Below, in pieces: positions 19,500 to 27,722 of a DNA stretch of 64,000 nucleotides. Location: positions 23,738 to 87,737 of the IMG/VR virus record IMGVR_UViG_3300031240_000002; one strand, written 5' to 3'. The translations under genes were made by a program, and so were the position numbers. Below the pieces are notes generated by a model. The model saw only the letters and a program-made list of their open reading frames with translations. It had not been told where the DNA came from and ran no database searches. This DNA comes from a virus. Position 1 is the first letter of the stretch. Each line of letters begins with the position of its first letter.

Positions 19500-20024
19500 G
19501 CGAGCACGGCCTTCACGAGGGTTCTCCAGGCGAGCGCCGCTTGCTGGGGGACGACGGCGTTCCCAAGTAGGCGCAGGCGGTGTGACCGTCCGGGAACCCC
19601 ATCATCGCCTCGACGAATCGCGGGTTGAGGACCATCCCATCCGGAGATCGCGGCGGGGCCCGGCGGGAAGCGGTGCGCACGGTGGCGTCGGTCAGCGTCG
19701 TCCCTGGGTGTCGGCCGCTCTCGGTCGAGTAGGCCGCCGCTCCGAACGAGGCTGCGTCCTGCGCCGTCGGGGTCGGCCACAGCACCGCCTCGTTCAGGTT
19801 CGTCACGCCCGGGGGACCGCCCCCCTTCCGCTTCGGTGCGCGAGCCTTCATCGCCGCGACCTGCTCGGGAGTCTTCGGCGACATCGCGTCGTGGGCCTGC
19901 GGTGTTGGCCCCGCGCGTGCGGGTCGATCTCCGCCTGCCACACGACGCGCGCCTCGGGGACCGCCATCTCGACACCCATCCCGAGCCCTTCGATCCCAGA
20001 GAAGAGCGACCCGATGGTCGTCAT
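19496..20024 (-). pseudogene. C5 cytosine DNA methyltransferase remnant (internal deletion, overlapping-frame type)
   Basis: Motif I (MTTIGSLFSGIEG), motif IX (LNPRFVEAMMGFPDGHT) and motif X (RLRLLGNAVVPQQA) lie in three different frames; the catalytic PC and ENV motifs are absent. Confidence 0.8.
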
Positions 20025-20173
20025 TCACCGGCGTGTTCCGCCTGGCACGCGGCCTCGCGGCGCTCGCAGTCCCGGCAGACGTCACCATCGTCGTCGACCA
20101 TGTTCGGGCATCCCTTGAAGCCCGCACATGGGAACTCATCGGCGCGCGTCTCGTCGTCCCATCCGACCGGCAT
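20021..20173 (-). CDS. Small Cys-rich protein (MPVGWDDETRADEFPCAGFKGC...)
   Basis: ATG 8 nt after the motif TAGTAT; stop overlaps the next ATG. Confidence 0.55.
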   Translation of the reverse strand: MPVGWDDETRADEFPCAGFKGCPNMVDDDGDVCRDCERREAACQAEHAGE

Positions 20174-20180
20174 GGGCTGG

Positions 20181-20191
20181 GATACTACGCG
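20181..20191 (-). promoter_or_regulatory. CGCGTAGTATC motif copy 2
   Basis: Exact 11-mer; its TAG is also the stop of 20185..20745. Confidence 0.7.
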
Positions 20192-20745
20192 CCCCGCCCC
20201 GCCAGGAAGTCGTCGATCGCCTCCCGCACCGCCCGGTCGATCTCCACGGCGGCCAGTCTCAGGATGTGGTGGGCGGGGAGACCCCGGGCCTTTATCTTGC
20301 GGGCGATGGCCAGCGCGATGCCCCACTGCTGGCGGGAGACCTCGACCTGCCGGTCGCTACGCCGCCGCGCGCCTCGCTGTATAGGACCGACCTGCCGTTG
20401 AGCCGGGCCGATGAAGTCGCGCCCGATCCCCTTGCGCTTCACCCACTCGAAGATGACGTCGATCGGGGGCATTCGCTGGCCGGGCCGCCGCCCATCCTCG
20501 ATGACCACGGCGTAGGGGGCGAAGTTGTAGGCGGTGGCGCCGAGCGGGATGTCGTCGAAGCGGAAGGACCGCCGGTAGGTGCCGCGGTCGACCGGGGCTC
20601 GCGCGAGGGCCGAGATCTCCTCCTGCACCGCGCGCGGCCCGTGCAGCTTCACCGTCTTCCGGATGACCTCGACCGCCCCCGTCACCAGCTTGGCGTCCTT
20701 CTTCAGCTGGTCGTGGTAGCCCTCGTAGGTGAACTTCTGGCCCAC
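20185..20745 (-). CDS. HK97 gp10-like neck/tail component
   Basis: APVDRGTYRRS...APYAVVIEDGRRPG..PP...I..WV..KGI signature. Confidence 0.75.
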   Translation of the reverse strand: MGQKFTYEGYHDQLKKDAKLVTGAVEVIRKTVKLHGPRAVQEEISALARAPVDRGTYRRSFRFDDIPLGATAYNFAPYAVVIEDGRRPGQRMPPIDVIFEWVKRKGIGRDFIGPAQRQVGPIQRGARRRSDRQVEVSRQQWGIALAIARKIKARGLPAHHILRLAAVEIDRAVREAIDDFLAGRGA

Positions 20746-20754
20746 CGGCTGGCC

Positions 20755-21384
20755 CTACTCGGCGCGGGCGTCGTCGACATCGCCGGTCCGCCCGGCGTCG
20801 TAGCCCTGCTTGGTCAGGACCACCGTCCACTGCAGGCCCCCGCGCGTGAGCATGGGGGTGGCGGTGGGCGGACTGAAACGCCGCGGCGGGGGGACCGGCG
20901 AGCTCGGCCGGTTCTCCTGGACCTCGTACCAGAAGTCGGTCGACGGCCGGTTCCTGCGCGGCGTGCCGGGGTCCACCAGGTCGGGCGTCTTCCCGGTCAG
21001 GTCGTCCTCGGTGTAGCGCGCCGAAATCTGGTCGACGATGATGTCCCCCTCCTCCGTGGCGCCCATGGGGTTGGCGATGCGCCGCACGGCGTTGAGGTCG
21101 CGCACGCGGGGGATCGGGACGATCTCCACCCGCGAGGTGATGACCAGCTTCCCAGCCCCGCGCCCGCGGCGCCCGCCGGCCCCGGTCCAGTAGCCGTGCA
21201 CCAGGAACACCCGGTAGATGGACACCCCGAGCATGGCCTTGATGTTCCGGCAGGCGTCCACGACGTTGACCAGGCGGCCAGCCAGCGTCCCCGGCTCCTG
21301 CTGAGGGAAGGGCGAGCGATAGGCCCCAGCGGCCTCGGGAATGTCGCTGGCGGGGTCTCCTGAGCGCGTCCGGTCGTTGGCCAT
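20755..21384 (-). CDS. Head-closure / head-tail joining protein
   Basis: 209 aa in the head-tail block; beta-rich; assignment from position. Confidence 0.5.
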   Translation of the reverse strand: MANDRTRSGDPASDIPEAAGAYRSPFPQQEPGTLAGRLVNVVDACRNIKAMLGVSIYRVFLVHGYWTGAGGRRGRGAGKLVITSRVEIVPIPRVRDLNAVRRIANPMGATEEGDIIVDQISARYTEDDLTGKTPDLVDPGTPRRNRPSTDFWYEVQENRPSSPVPPPRRFSPPTATPMLTRGGLQWTVVLTKQGYDAGRTGDVDDARAE

Positions 21385-21440
21385 CGTCCTGACAGCCTAC
21401 GCCCGAACGCCCCAAGGGCGCGAGCTACGGCAGCCTGGCG

Positions 21441-22028
21441 CTACGCCGGAACGCCAGGGGACGCATCGTCACGCACGACCAGCCAGACCGCCAGGTCGAC
21501 CGTGGTCGGCGTGAAGCCGGCAGCGGAGGCGAGGGTCACGCCGAGCGCGTCCCCCTTCGCGTACTTGGTCTCGATCAGGTCGACCGGTCCACCCTGCGGG
21601 TTGCCGGAGGCGGCCGACGCCACCACGACGTTGCCGGTCGTGGCGTTCGCCACGTTGGCGAGCACGCCGGCGGGGGCGATGGTCGGCTGGATGGTGGCGG
21701 CCGAGGCGCCGCCCGCCGTCACCAGCGCGTCAAAGTCGTAGACCAGCGCGAGGATGTGCCCCGAGCTGTGCATCCGGATCTGGGTGGGAGCGTCCGTGTC
21801 CACCGCCCCGCCAGCCGCCATGGCCGTGGCCGCCTGGCTGGCCCCGAGGTTGGCCTTCCGGAACGGGCCGATCATCCGCACGCGGGCGTTGGCGGTCTCG
21901 TTCGCTGGAGCGTTGAACGGCTTGTCCCGGTGGGCGCCGCTGTCGAGCTCCTCGATCTGCCGGTTCTTCGTGGTGCGGACGGGGGGAACGCTCATGCTGG
22001 TCTCCTGTTGGAAATGAGCGTCGCCCAC
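21441..22028 (-). CDS. Virion structural protein (decoration-like)
   Basis: Ala-rich, beta-sandwich-like ending (KGDALGVTL...DLAVWLVV); start could be ATG near 21996. Confidence 0.5.
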   Translation of the reverse strand: MGDAHFQQETSMSVPPVRTTKNRQIEELDSGAHRDKPFNAPANETANARVRMIGPFRKANLGASQAATAMAAGGAVDTDAPTQIRMHSSGHILALVYDFDALVTAGGASAATIQPTIAPAGVLANVANATTGNVVVASAASGNPQGGPVDLIETKYAKGDALGVTLASAAGFTPTTVDLAVWLVVRDDASPGVPA

Positions 22029-22050
22029 CTCGGGCGCTCTCGCAAGAGCC

Positions 22051-22482
22051 CTACACGCTGCGGAGCACGCGGCGGAACATCGCCTGCTTCCCCGTGCCGG
22101 TGCCCAAGCTGTTCGAGTAGGAGTTCTGGTAGACCCCCAGGCTGTCGGCCAGCTTCTTCGACCAGAAGTCGTACTCGCCGCGGAGCGCGTCGGTGATGCC
22201 GAGGTTCGGCTTGATCTGGTCGACCTGCTCCGCGTAGAGGAAGTCGGTCGCCCCGAAGATCTTCACGTAGAGCGAGTCGAGCTTCGAGAGGAGGTCCCGC
22301 ACGATCCCCGCCCGCGACTGGGGGACGTGCTGGAGCGCGTTCACCGCCACGAACATGTTCTCGGTCAGCGCCAGCGTGCCGAAGGCCAGGAACGATCCGA
22401 CGTTCACGAGGCTGTAGCCGAGGTGGTGGAGCACCCGCCCCTGCTCCTCCTGGCTGAAGACTGCGTCGTTCTCCTGGCTCAC
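22051..22482 (-). CDS. Head-tail adaptor-like protein
   Basis: FSQEEQGRVLHHLGY N-terminus and LADSLGV..N C-terminus are typical of adaptors; position fits. Confidence 0.6.
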   Translation of the reverse strand: MSQENDAVFSQEEQGRVLHHLGYSLVNVGSFLAFGTLALTENMFVAVNALQHVPQSRAGIVRDLLSKLDSLYVKIFGATDFLYAEQVDQIKPNLGITDALRGEYDFWSKKLADSLGVYQNSYSNSLGTGTGKQAMFRRVLRSV

Positions 22483-22525
22483 GCTCCGATGGTGCGCGAC
22501 CGGCGCTCCCCCCGCAATGGGGCGG

Positions 22526-22666
22526 TCAGCGCTGGGCCATCAGAGCCGCCAGCGTCCCGGCGAAGAACATCGCGAACCCGAGCTGGTCCGCCTTCGGGGG
22601 AGCGAAGGCGTAGACCAGCGCGCCGATCACCGCCACCACCACGTCGACGACCATTCGTTCGGGCAT
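22526..22666 (-). CDS. Small two-TM membrane protein
   Basis: VVVAVIGALVYAFAPPKADQLGFAMFFAGTLAALM. Confidence 0.5.
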   Translation of the reverse strand: MPERMVVDVVVAVIGALVYAFAPPKADQLGFAMFFAGTLAALMAQR

Positions 22667-22727
22667 CCCGGGAACGTGGGGTCGCCCGAGCCCCAACGCA
22701 AGAGGTGGCCCAGTCGCTGTCCCGGTA

Positions 22728-23228
22728 CTACCCTTTTGAGGTGTGCACCAACACCCGGCAGATCCTCCCGCCGGCGCGCCCGGACCCGCAAAGCTGGTCG
22801 CGCCGGTCGGGAGGGGAGCCACCGCCTACTCCGGGACGAGCCGCCGCCGGAACGGGAATGCCGAGTAGGGAGACCTCCCGGCGTCGCAGGCAGCGTTCAT
22901 CTCTCGCTTGATTCGTTCCTGCAATTTCGGCGTCGGTCTCTTCACGCATGCCGGGGATGCCGGGATCGAGCAGCGATCGGGCTCGCCCCTGGCTGGCCGC
23001 GATGCGCTCCGGGTAGACGACGGCGTTCGGGTTCTCGATCGTGAACGGACCGATCGTGCCGAGCGGCGGCCAGACGGTCTCGTCTCCGGCGGTTACGTCC
23101 TGCCAGGGCGCGAGCTCGACCGGCGCCTCGCGGCCCACCGACCTCGGGTCGGTCACCATCGGCAGAGGCTGGATCTCGCAGGTCTCGACGCACCCCTCCT
23201 CGGGGTTGCAGCGCGGATCGTGGAGCAT
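22728..23228 (-). CDS. Hypothetical protein
   Basis: ATG 9 nt after the TAGTAT of motif copy 3. Confidence 0.5.
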   Translation of the reverse strand: MLHDPRCNPEEGCVETCEIQPLPMVTDPRSVGREAPVELAPWQDVTAGDETVWPPLGTIGPFTIENPNAVVYPERIAASQGRARSLLDPGIPGMREETDAEIAGTNQARDERCLRRREVSLLGIPVPAAARPGVGGGSPPDRRDQLCGSGRAGGRICRVLVHTSKG

Positions 23229-23236
23229 CGCCCCCA

Positions 23237-23247
23237 GATACTACGCG
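23237..23247 (-). promoter_or_regulatory. CGCGTAGTATC motif copy 3
   Basis: Exact 11-mer. Confidence 0.7.
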
Positions 23248-23268
23248 CCCCGGCGGCGGGGCGGGAGG

Positions 23269-23577
23269 CTACAGCCCCTTCGCCTCCGGCCCGCGTGGCC
23301 CCCGCTCGCGCTGCTCCCCCTGCTTGGTGGCGCGCACGGTGAGCCCCTCTTTCACCTCGGTCTCAACCTCCACGCCGAGCACCCTGACGGCGGCCGGCGT
23401 GAGCGGGTGGAGCAGGATCTTCTTGATGACCTCCGTCTCCTCCCCCACCGGCAGAAGATCAGCCCCGAGCCGCCGGCAGATGACCTCGTCCCGGGAGTGA
23501 GGGGCGATCGAGACGATCCCATGCTCGCCGCGCACGGTGGCCACCGGCGCGCCCCCGAACGGCGACGGGAGCTTCAC
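23269..23577 (-). CDS. Hypothetical protein (MKLPSPFGGAPVATV...)
   Basis: GTG overlaps the upstream TGA. Confidence 0.5.
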   Translation of the reverse strand: MKLPSPFGGAPVATVRGEHGIVSIAPHSRDEVICRRLGADLLPVGEETEVIKKILLHPLTPAAVRVLGVEVETEVKEGLTVRATKQGEQRERGPRGPEAKGL

Positions 23578-24011
23578 GACTGAGCGCCCTCGGTCAACTC
23601 GGTCTTCTCCGCCTTCTGGCCGGCCTTCTTCGCGATCGGCGGCGGCAGATTCAGCTCCGCCTCGGGCACGTCGATGCCCATGTCGCGCAGCTCCTCGGCG
23701 CGCGCCACCGCCGCCTTCTGCTGGTCCACCCACCACCCCGGCGGGTCGATCGGCTCGAGCTTGCAGCCCCGGTTCTTCAGCGCCCGGATGTCGTACTCGG
23801 CCGCGCTGATCTCGTCCCCGAGGTTCAGGAAGAAGTCCCCCTGGGGTCGGTTGAACGGTCCGATCTTGTTCGGCGCCTGGTGGTTCTTGGGGCCGTCGAC
23901 GACCCGGAAGAACTCGACCGCCGTCTCCTTCCCCCCGGACTTCTTCAGCACCGGCTGCGCGGTGCGGGCGATGTTCCCTTCGGGCATGAGCGAGGCTGGT
24001 CTGGTCTTCAT
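23574..24011 (-). CDS. Hypothetical protein, probably head-associated
   Basis: GGAGG SD, TAGGCT -10, phage-like codon usage. Confidence 0.6.
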   Translation of the reverse strand: MKTRPASLMPEGNIARTAQPVLKKSGGKETAVEFFRVVDGPKNHQAPNKIGPFNRPQGDFFLNLGDEISAAEYDIRALKNRGCKLEPIDPPGWWVDQQKAAVARAEELRDMGIDVPEAELNLPPPIAKKAGQKAEKTELTEGAQS

Positions 24012-24065
24012 CGGGTCGGTCCTCCAGCCCAAGAGCCTACCCCCGACCGCCGCCGGCGCGGGCAC

Positions 24066-24097
24066 AAAAAGAAACGGCCACACGAGGTGGCCGTCTC
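24066..24097 (-). terminator. Rho-independent terminator
   Basis: GAGACGGCCAC-CTCGT-GTGGCCGTTTC-TTTTT. Confidence 0.8.
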
Positions 24098-24345
24098 AAA
24101 CCGTCTGGCGATGCGTGGTTTAAATGGTCAGCGAACCAACGAATCAGTTGTGACCCAAGCATTTGACGCACGAAGCGTCCGCGTGCCCGACGCGATGGAC
24201 CGCGCTCTTTCCTGACGGCTCGGCTGGCTCAGCGCTTGGCGACAGAAGTCGTGGCGCGTGTTGCCCACCGATACAGACGCTGCCGAAGCGGCGTCACTAT
24301 GACCGGACAAGCCGGCCAAGACTTTGATGGTGTAGGCCATCTGGG
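24066..24345 (-). ncRNA. Candidate structured small RNA (or 70-aa ORF 24128..24340)
   Basis: Own TTGACC-N17-CATCCT promoter and terminator; several hairpins including a TTCG loop; poor codon bias. Confidence 0.3.
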
Positions 24346-24386
24346 GACGAGGATGGAGGGCGGCGGCGCGCTGGTCAAGCGTTCGC

Positions 24387-24695
24387 TCAGTGACAGTCGC
24401 AGTAGCGCGCGCCGACGCGGGCGAGGTTGCGGCATCCGGGCACGGCGCAGTCCCCGTCGGCCAGCCACTCGACCTCCAACCCCCGCAGCACGAACCGCCC
24501 GCGCTGCCCCCGGTGTCGCTCCCGCCAGAGGCGCAAGCGCGTCCCCTGGTCTCGCGAGCAGCCGCTGCAGGTCCCCGAGATCTGGTAGCCGCAGCGGGCC
24601 CGGTACAACGTGGCGCGGCAGGCGCGCGGCGGAGCGGCCCCCGACGCGAGGACATCGGCCTTCGTCCGCCCTGGGTGCTGCCCGTACCAGCTCAC
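24387..24695 (-). CDS. Hypothetical Cys-rich protein
   Basis: GTG overlaps the upstream stop; ends CAVPGC...YCDCH. Confidence 0.45.
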   Translation of the reverse strand: MSWYGQHPGRTKADVLASGAAPPRACRATLYRARCGYQISGTCSGCSRDQGTRLRLWRERHRGQRGRFVLRGLEVEWLADGDCAVPGCRNLARVGARYCDCH

Positions 24696-25069
24696 CCCGG
24701 CACCTTCACTATCCGCTCGGGGTGCCACCGCTTGATCATCGCCGCCCGGAGCCCCGCCTCGTTGTTCACGATCGCGTTCTCCAGGCGGTCCTGCTCGTCG
24801 TCCCGCGCCTCGTCTACCGGCTTCCAAACGTAGCCGTCCGGGACCGACCGGTCAGCGACGATGAAATTCGTGTCGCGCCGAACGTGTCCCGGCGCTGGTT
24901 CCAGCACCCAGCCGTCATTGAAGCGCTCGTTCCGCCGCACCAGCCACCCGCGGTGATACTCCCCGGGGCAGCCGTCGCAGGCCGAGTAGATCACGTCGTG
25001 CGCCTGAAGATCGCCGGGGCGCTCCACCCGCTCGCAAAGCTCGCCGTTGATCGTCCGCCGCTCGGGCAT
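24692..25069 (-). CDS. Hypothetical protein
   Basis: 125 aa, good codon usage, tight operon spacing. Confidence 0.6.
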   Translation of the reverse strand: MPERRTINGELCERVERPGDLQAHDVIYSACDGCPGEYHRGWLVRRNERFNDGWVLEPAPGHVRRDTNFIVADRSVPDGYVWKPVDEARDDEQDRLENAIVNNEAGLRAAMIKRWHPERIVKVPG

Positions 25070-25072
25070 GGC

Positions 25073-25328
25073 CTACCCGCCCTCCGCAGGTGGCTCGTGC
25101 GCCTTCCCGAGCGGCGTCGCGTCGACCACCTCCACGAACTCGGCGTGACCGTTCTTGCACAGGCACTGCCCGCCGGGCCCGCTCGGGTCCGCCTCGCGGC
25201 GCTCGATGTCCGCCTTCAGGTCGTTGACCACGTTCGACATACACCAGCTCGATTCGTTCCGATGGAAGACGACGTCGTGCTCGGTCCAAAAGTGGGGCAC
25301 CTGGCGTTACCACCAGCTTCATCGTCAT
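25073..25328 (-). pseudogene. Hypothetical phage protein with an apparent early frameshift
   Basis: ATG 25328 (MTMKLVVT) follows the motif but is out of frame with the body (QVPHFWTEHDVVFHRNESSWC...). Confidence 0.45.
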
Positions 25329-25335
25329 GGTCTCG

Positions 25336-25346
25336 GATACTACGCG
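25336..25346 (-). promoter_or_regulatory. CGCGTAGTATC motif copy 4
   Basis: Exact 11-mer; its TAG is the stop of the HNH gene. Confidence 0.7.
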
Positions 25347-26125
25347 GCCGGCGCGCCAGCGCGGAACGGCTCCGCAGCGCGGGCACGGATGGCGGCGGGG
25401 TCGTAGCCGTACCTCGCGCAGAAGACCTCCAGCGGCCGGTCCCTCTTCCGCGAGTTGCAGCTCCTGCAGGCGGGCACGATGTTGCCGCGAACGTGCGCCG
25501 CGCGCGCCCCGAGCTTCACCACCGGGTCGAGATGATCCATGGTCAGGTCTTTCCTGCGCTCCTTCCCGCAGTAGGCGCAGCACCAACCGAAAGCGTCGAC
25601 CACCTTCTTCCAGTCCGCCCACGGGAACAGCGAGACGGGCACACCGAGTCGAAGCGCGACGTTGATTGGCTGGTGCTTCAGCATCGCCCGTCGCTCGCGT
25701 TCTCGCTCGCGGTGGTATTGCCGGCGCTCCGGTTTCTCGCGGTCACGTCTCTGGGCGGCGCGACCCTTGGGCGACCGCGACCACTTCGCATAGCTCGCCT
25801 TGCGTCGATCGGGATGCCGAGCGTCGTAGCGCTTCGTTCCCTGGGCCGCCGAGAGCTTCGCCCTTTCGGGATTCGCTGCCGTCCATCGGTCGAGACGCTC
25901 TCGCGTCTTCCGCTGCCGCTCCGGATTCGCCCGGTAGTGGCGCGCGTCAGCTGCGGCTTTCTTCTTCGGGTTGGCCTTCTGCCATTCCACCGCCTTGATC
26001 TTCGTGCATCGAATGCAGTAGCCGCACCAGCCGTCATCTTTCTTCGACGGGTAGAAGTTGCCCTCGGCGACGAGGACGTCGCGACACCGCGAGCACTGCT
26101 TATTCCCATCCGGTCGGACGTTCAC
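25340..26125 (-). CDS. HNH endonuclease
   Basis: CAYCG...LTMDHLDP...HVRGNIVPACRSCNSRK; N-terminal Zn ribbon; GTG 7 nt after motif copy 5. Confidence 0.9.
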   Translation of the reverse strand: MNVRPDGNKQCSRCRDVLVAEGNFYPSKKDDGWCGYCIRCTKIKAVEWQKANPKKKAAADARHYRANPERQRKTRERLDRWTAANPERAKLSAAQGTKRYDARHPDRRKASYAKWSRSPKGRAAQRRDREKPERRQYHRERERERRAMLKHQPINVALRLGVPVSLFPWADWKKVVDAFGWCCAYCGKERRKDLTMDHLDPVVKLGARAAHVRGNIVPACRSCNSRKRDRPLEVFCARYGYDPAAIRARAAEPFRAGAPAA

Positions 26126-26131
26126 GCGACC

Positions 26132-26142
26132 GATACTACGCG
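26132..26142 (-). promoter_or_regulatory. CGCGTAGTATC motif copy 5
   Basis: Exact 11-mer just after the capsid terminator. Confidence 0.7.
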
Positions 26143-26148
26143 GGGCAC

Positions 26149-26182
26149 AAAAGAAAACGGGCACCCATCGGCACCCGTTTTC
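26149..26182 (-). terminator. Rho-independent terminator after major capsid gene
   Basis: GAAAACGGGTGCC-GATG-GGTGCCCGTTTTC-TTTT. Confidence 0.85.
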
Positions 26183-26206
26183 CTCGGCTATTTCAGCGCT
26201 TTTCGA

Positions 26207-27583
26207 TCAAGCACTGTGAACTACGCAGACCGCGCGCTTGAACGTGGCGGTCGTCGGCGGCGAGAGCTCGTCGGTCGGCACCGCCCAGTCGCCGCAAAAC
26301 TGCCAGGTCGTGCTGGTGTTCTCCTGCAGCTTGTCGATGGGCGCACGCATGATGAGCCGGATCTCCTCGGTGATGACCTGGACGCCGTTGTTGGTCACGG
26401 CGAAGTCCCCGACCTTGCCCATGATGCCGGCCTGGCTGATGAACTGGCTCTGGTCGAGATACTTCTCCTCGATCCAGCCCTGGCCGGTGCAGATGGGCCG
26501 GCGCAGCTGGATGCTGGCGCCGTTGACCGTCTCGAACCCGTGGGTGTTCCCGTCGATCGGGTCCGGGTCGCAGGTCTGGACGGTGGGCGCCTCGTTGTTC
26601 CGGTAGAACACCGACTGCCCGAACACCCCCAAGCAGAAGCGCTTGTAGTGCACGTAGTCGGGGAGCGACTGGTTCAGACGCTGCCACTCGTTGTCCCCGA
26701 AGACCTGCAGCTCCGACTGGCTGTCGAGGTGCCAGTGGTAGAAGCCGTCCTCGTGGGCGGGGACGTTGTTGTAGCGGAGGATCCCGATCGCCGTGCGGAC
26801 GTCGCGCACCGCGAAGGTGTCCGAACTGTCGATGGCGTCGACCGACGTCCCGCCGCCCGAGTAGACGATCTGGCTCGCCTTCGACGTGATGACCGAGGAG
26901 CGGGCCGGGAGCGCGACGGCGAGCGCCGGCGTGATGGTGAGCGTCCCGCCGTGGATCGGGTCGCCAGCGGTGTCAGGCGCGGCCGCCGTGACCTGGCCGG
27001 TGTAGCCGATGCCGGGCAGCGAGATGTTGATCGGGTTCGTGCTCGACACCGGCTGCTGGCTCCCGCCGAACAGGTTGGTGGTGAACCCGGTCAGGTTGAC
27101 GACGTGGATGGTCGTCGCGGCGCTGTTGGCCAGCGTGTCGGTCACCGTGTTGCCGGCGACGTAGGCGTTGTAGCCCTTGTCGCGAACCACGCGGTTCATC
27201 GACTGGCCGGCCTGGAGGCCCAGCTGGTGGATGTTCCGCATGAAGGCCGAGGCCAGCTGCAGGTAGCTGGTCGGCATGTTGGTGTCGATCGAGTCGTTCC
27301 ACTTCATCGCGGTGGCCGACCACTGCTCGATGCCGTAGGTCTTCCCGACCGGGTCCACGCCAGCGACGGCGGGGCGGGTGCGGGGCTTGATCAGACCGGG
27401 CCGGGTGAACGTCGAGGTGCCGCCCAAGTGGGTCGGCCAGAGCTCGCGCATCGCTTCCATCCGGAACAACAGGTTCGGGAAGAGCGCGTCCCGAAACACG
27501 CGCTGGAGCGTGTTCGACTGGATCGTCGCAGCGATCGACGGGTTGAAGATTACCGGGATGCTGCCGTCGGGAAAGTTGGCCAT
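26207..27583 (-). CDS. Major capsid protein
   Basis: 458 aa after the scaffold, strong SD, own terminator; QLGLQAGQSMNRVVRD and YHWHLD HK97-fold-like patterns. Confidence 0.85.
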   Translation of the reverse strand: MANFPDGSIPVIFNPSIAATIQSNTLQRVFRDALFPNLLFRMEAMRELWPTHLGGTSTFTRPGLIKPRTRPAVAGVDPVGKTYGIEQWSATAMKWNDSIDTNMPTSYLQLASAFMRNIHQLGLQAGQSMNRVVRDKGYNAYVAGNTVTDTLANSAATTIHVVNLTGFTTNLFGGSQQPVSSTNPINISLPGIGYTGQVTAAAPDTAGDPIHGGTLTITPALAVALPARSSVITSKASQIVYSGGGTSVDAIDSSDTFAVRDVRTAIGILRYNNVPAHEDGFYHWHLDSQSELQVFGDNEWQRLNQSLPDYVHYKRFCLGVFGQSVFYRNNEAPTVQTCDPDPIDGNTHGFETVNGASIQLRRPICTGQGWIEEKYLDQSQFISQAGIMGKVGDFAVTNNGVQVITEEIRLIMRAPIDKLQENTSTTWQFCGDWAVPTDELSPPTTATFKRAVCVVHSA

Positions 27584-27645
27584 GGGCGCTGTTTCTCCGT
27601 GTGTTTCTTGGGTTGGTGGTTGCCCCTCTCTTGGTCGTCGCTAGA

Positions 27646-27697
27646 TCCTGAGTTCGATCGAAACTGTCGCCGAGCCCCCGTTGAGCGTCAAGTAGGG
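27646..27697 (-). promoter_or_regulatory. Putative late promoter of capsid: CCCTACTTGACG-N17-GACAGT...GAACTCAGGA
   Basis: Matches the sheath upstream element. Confidence 0.6.
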
Positions 27698-27722
27698 GGC
27701 CCGGCGCGGCGGGCGCGAAGCG

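Noticed and set aside
24066-24345. tRNA or tmRNA
   Set aside because: No cloverleaf, T-loop GTTCRA or CCA end recognised.
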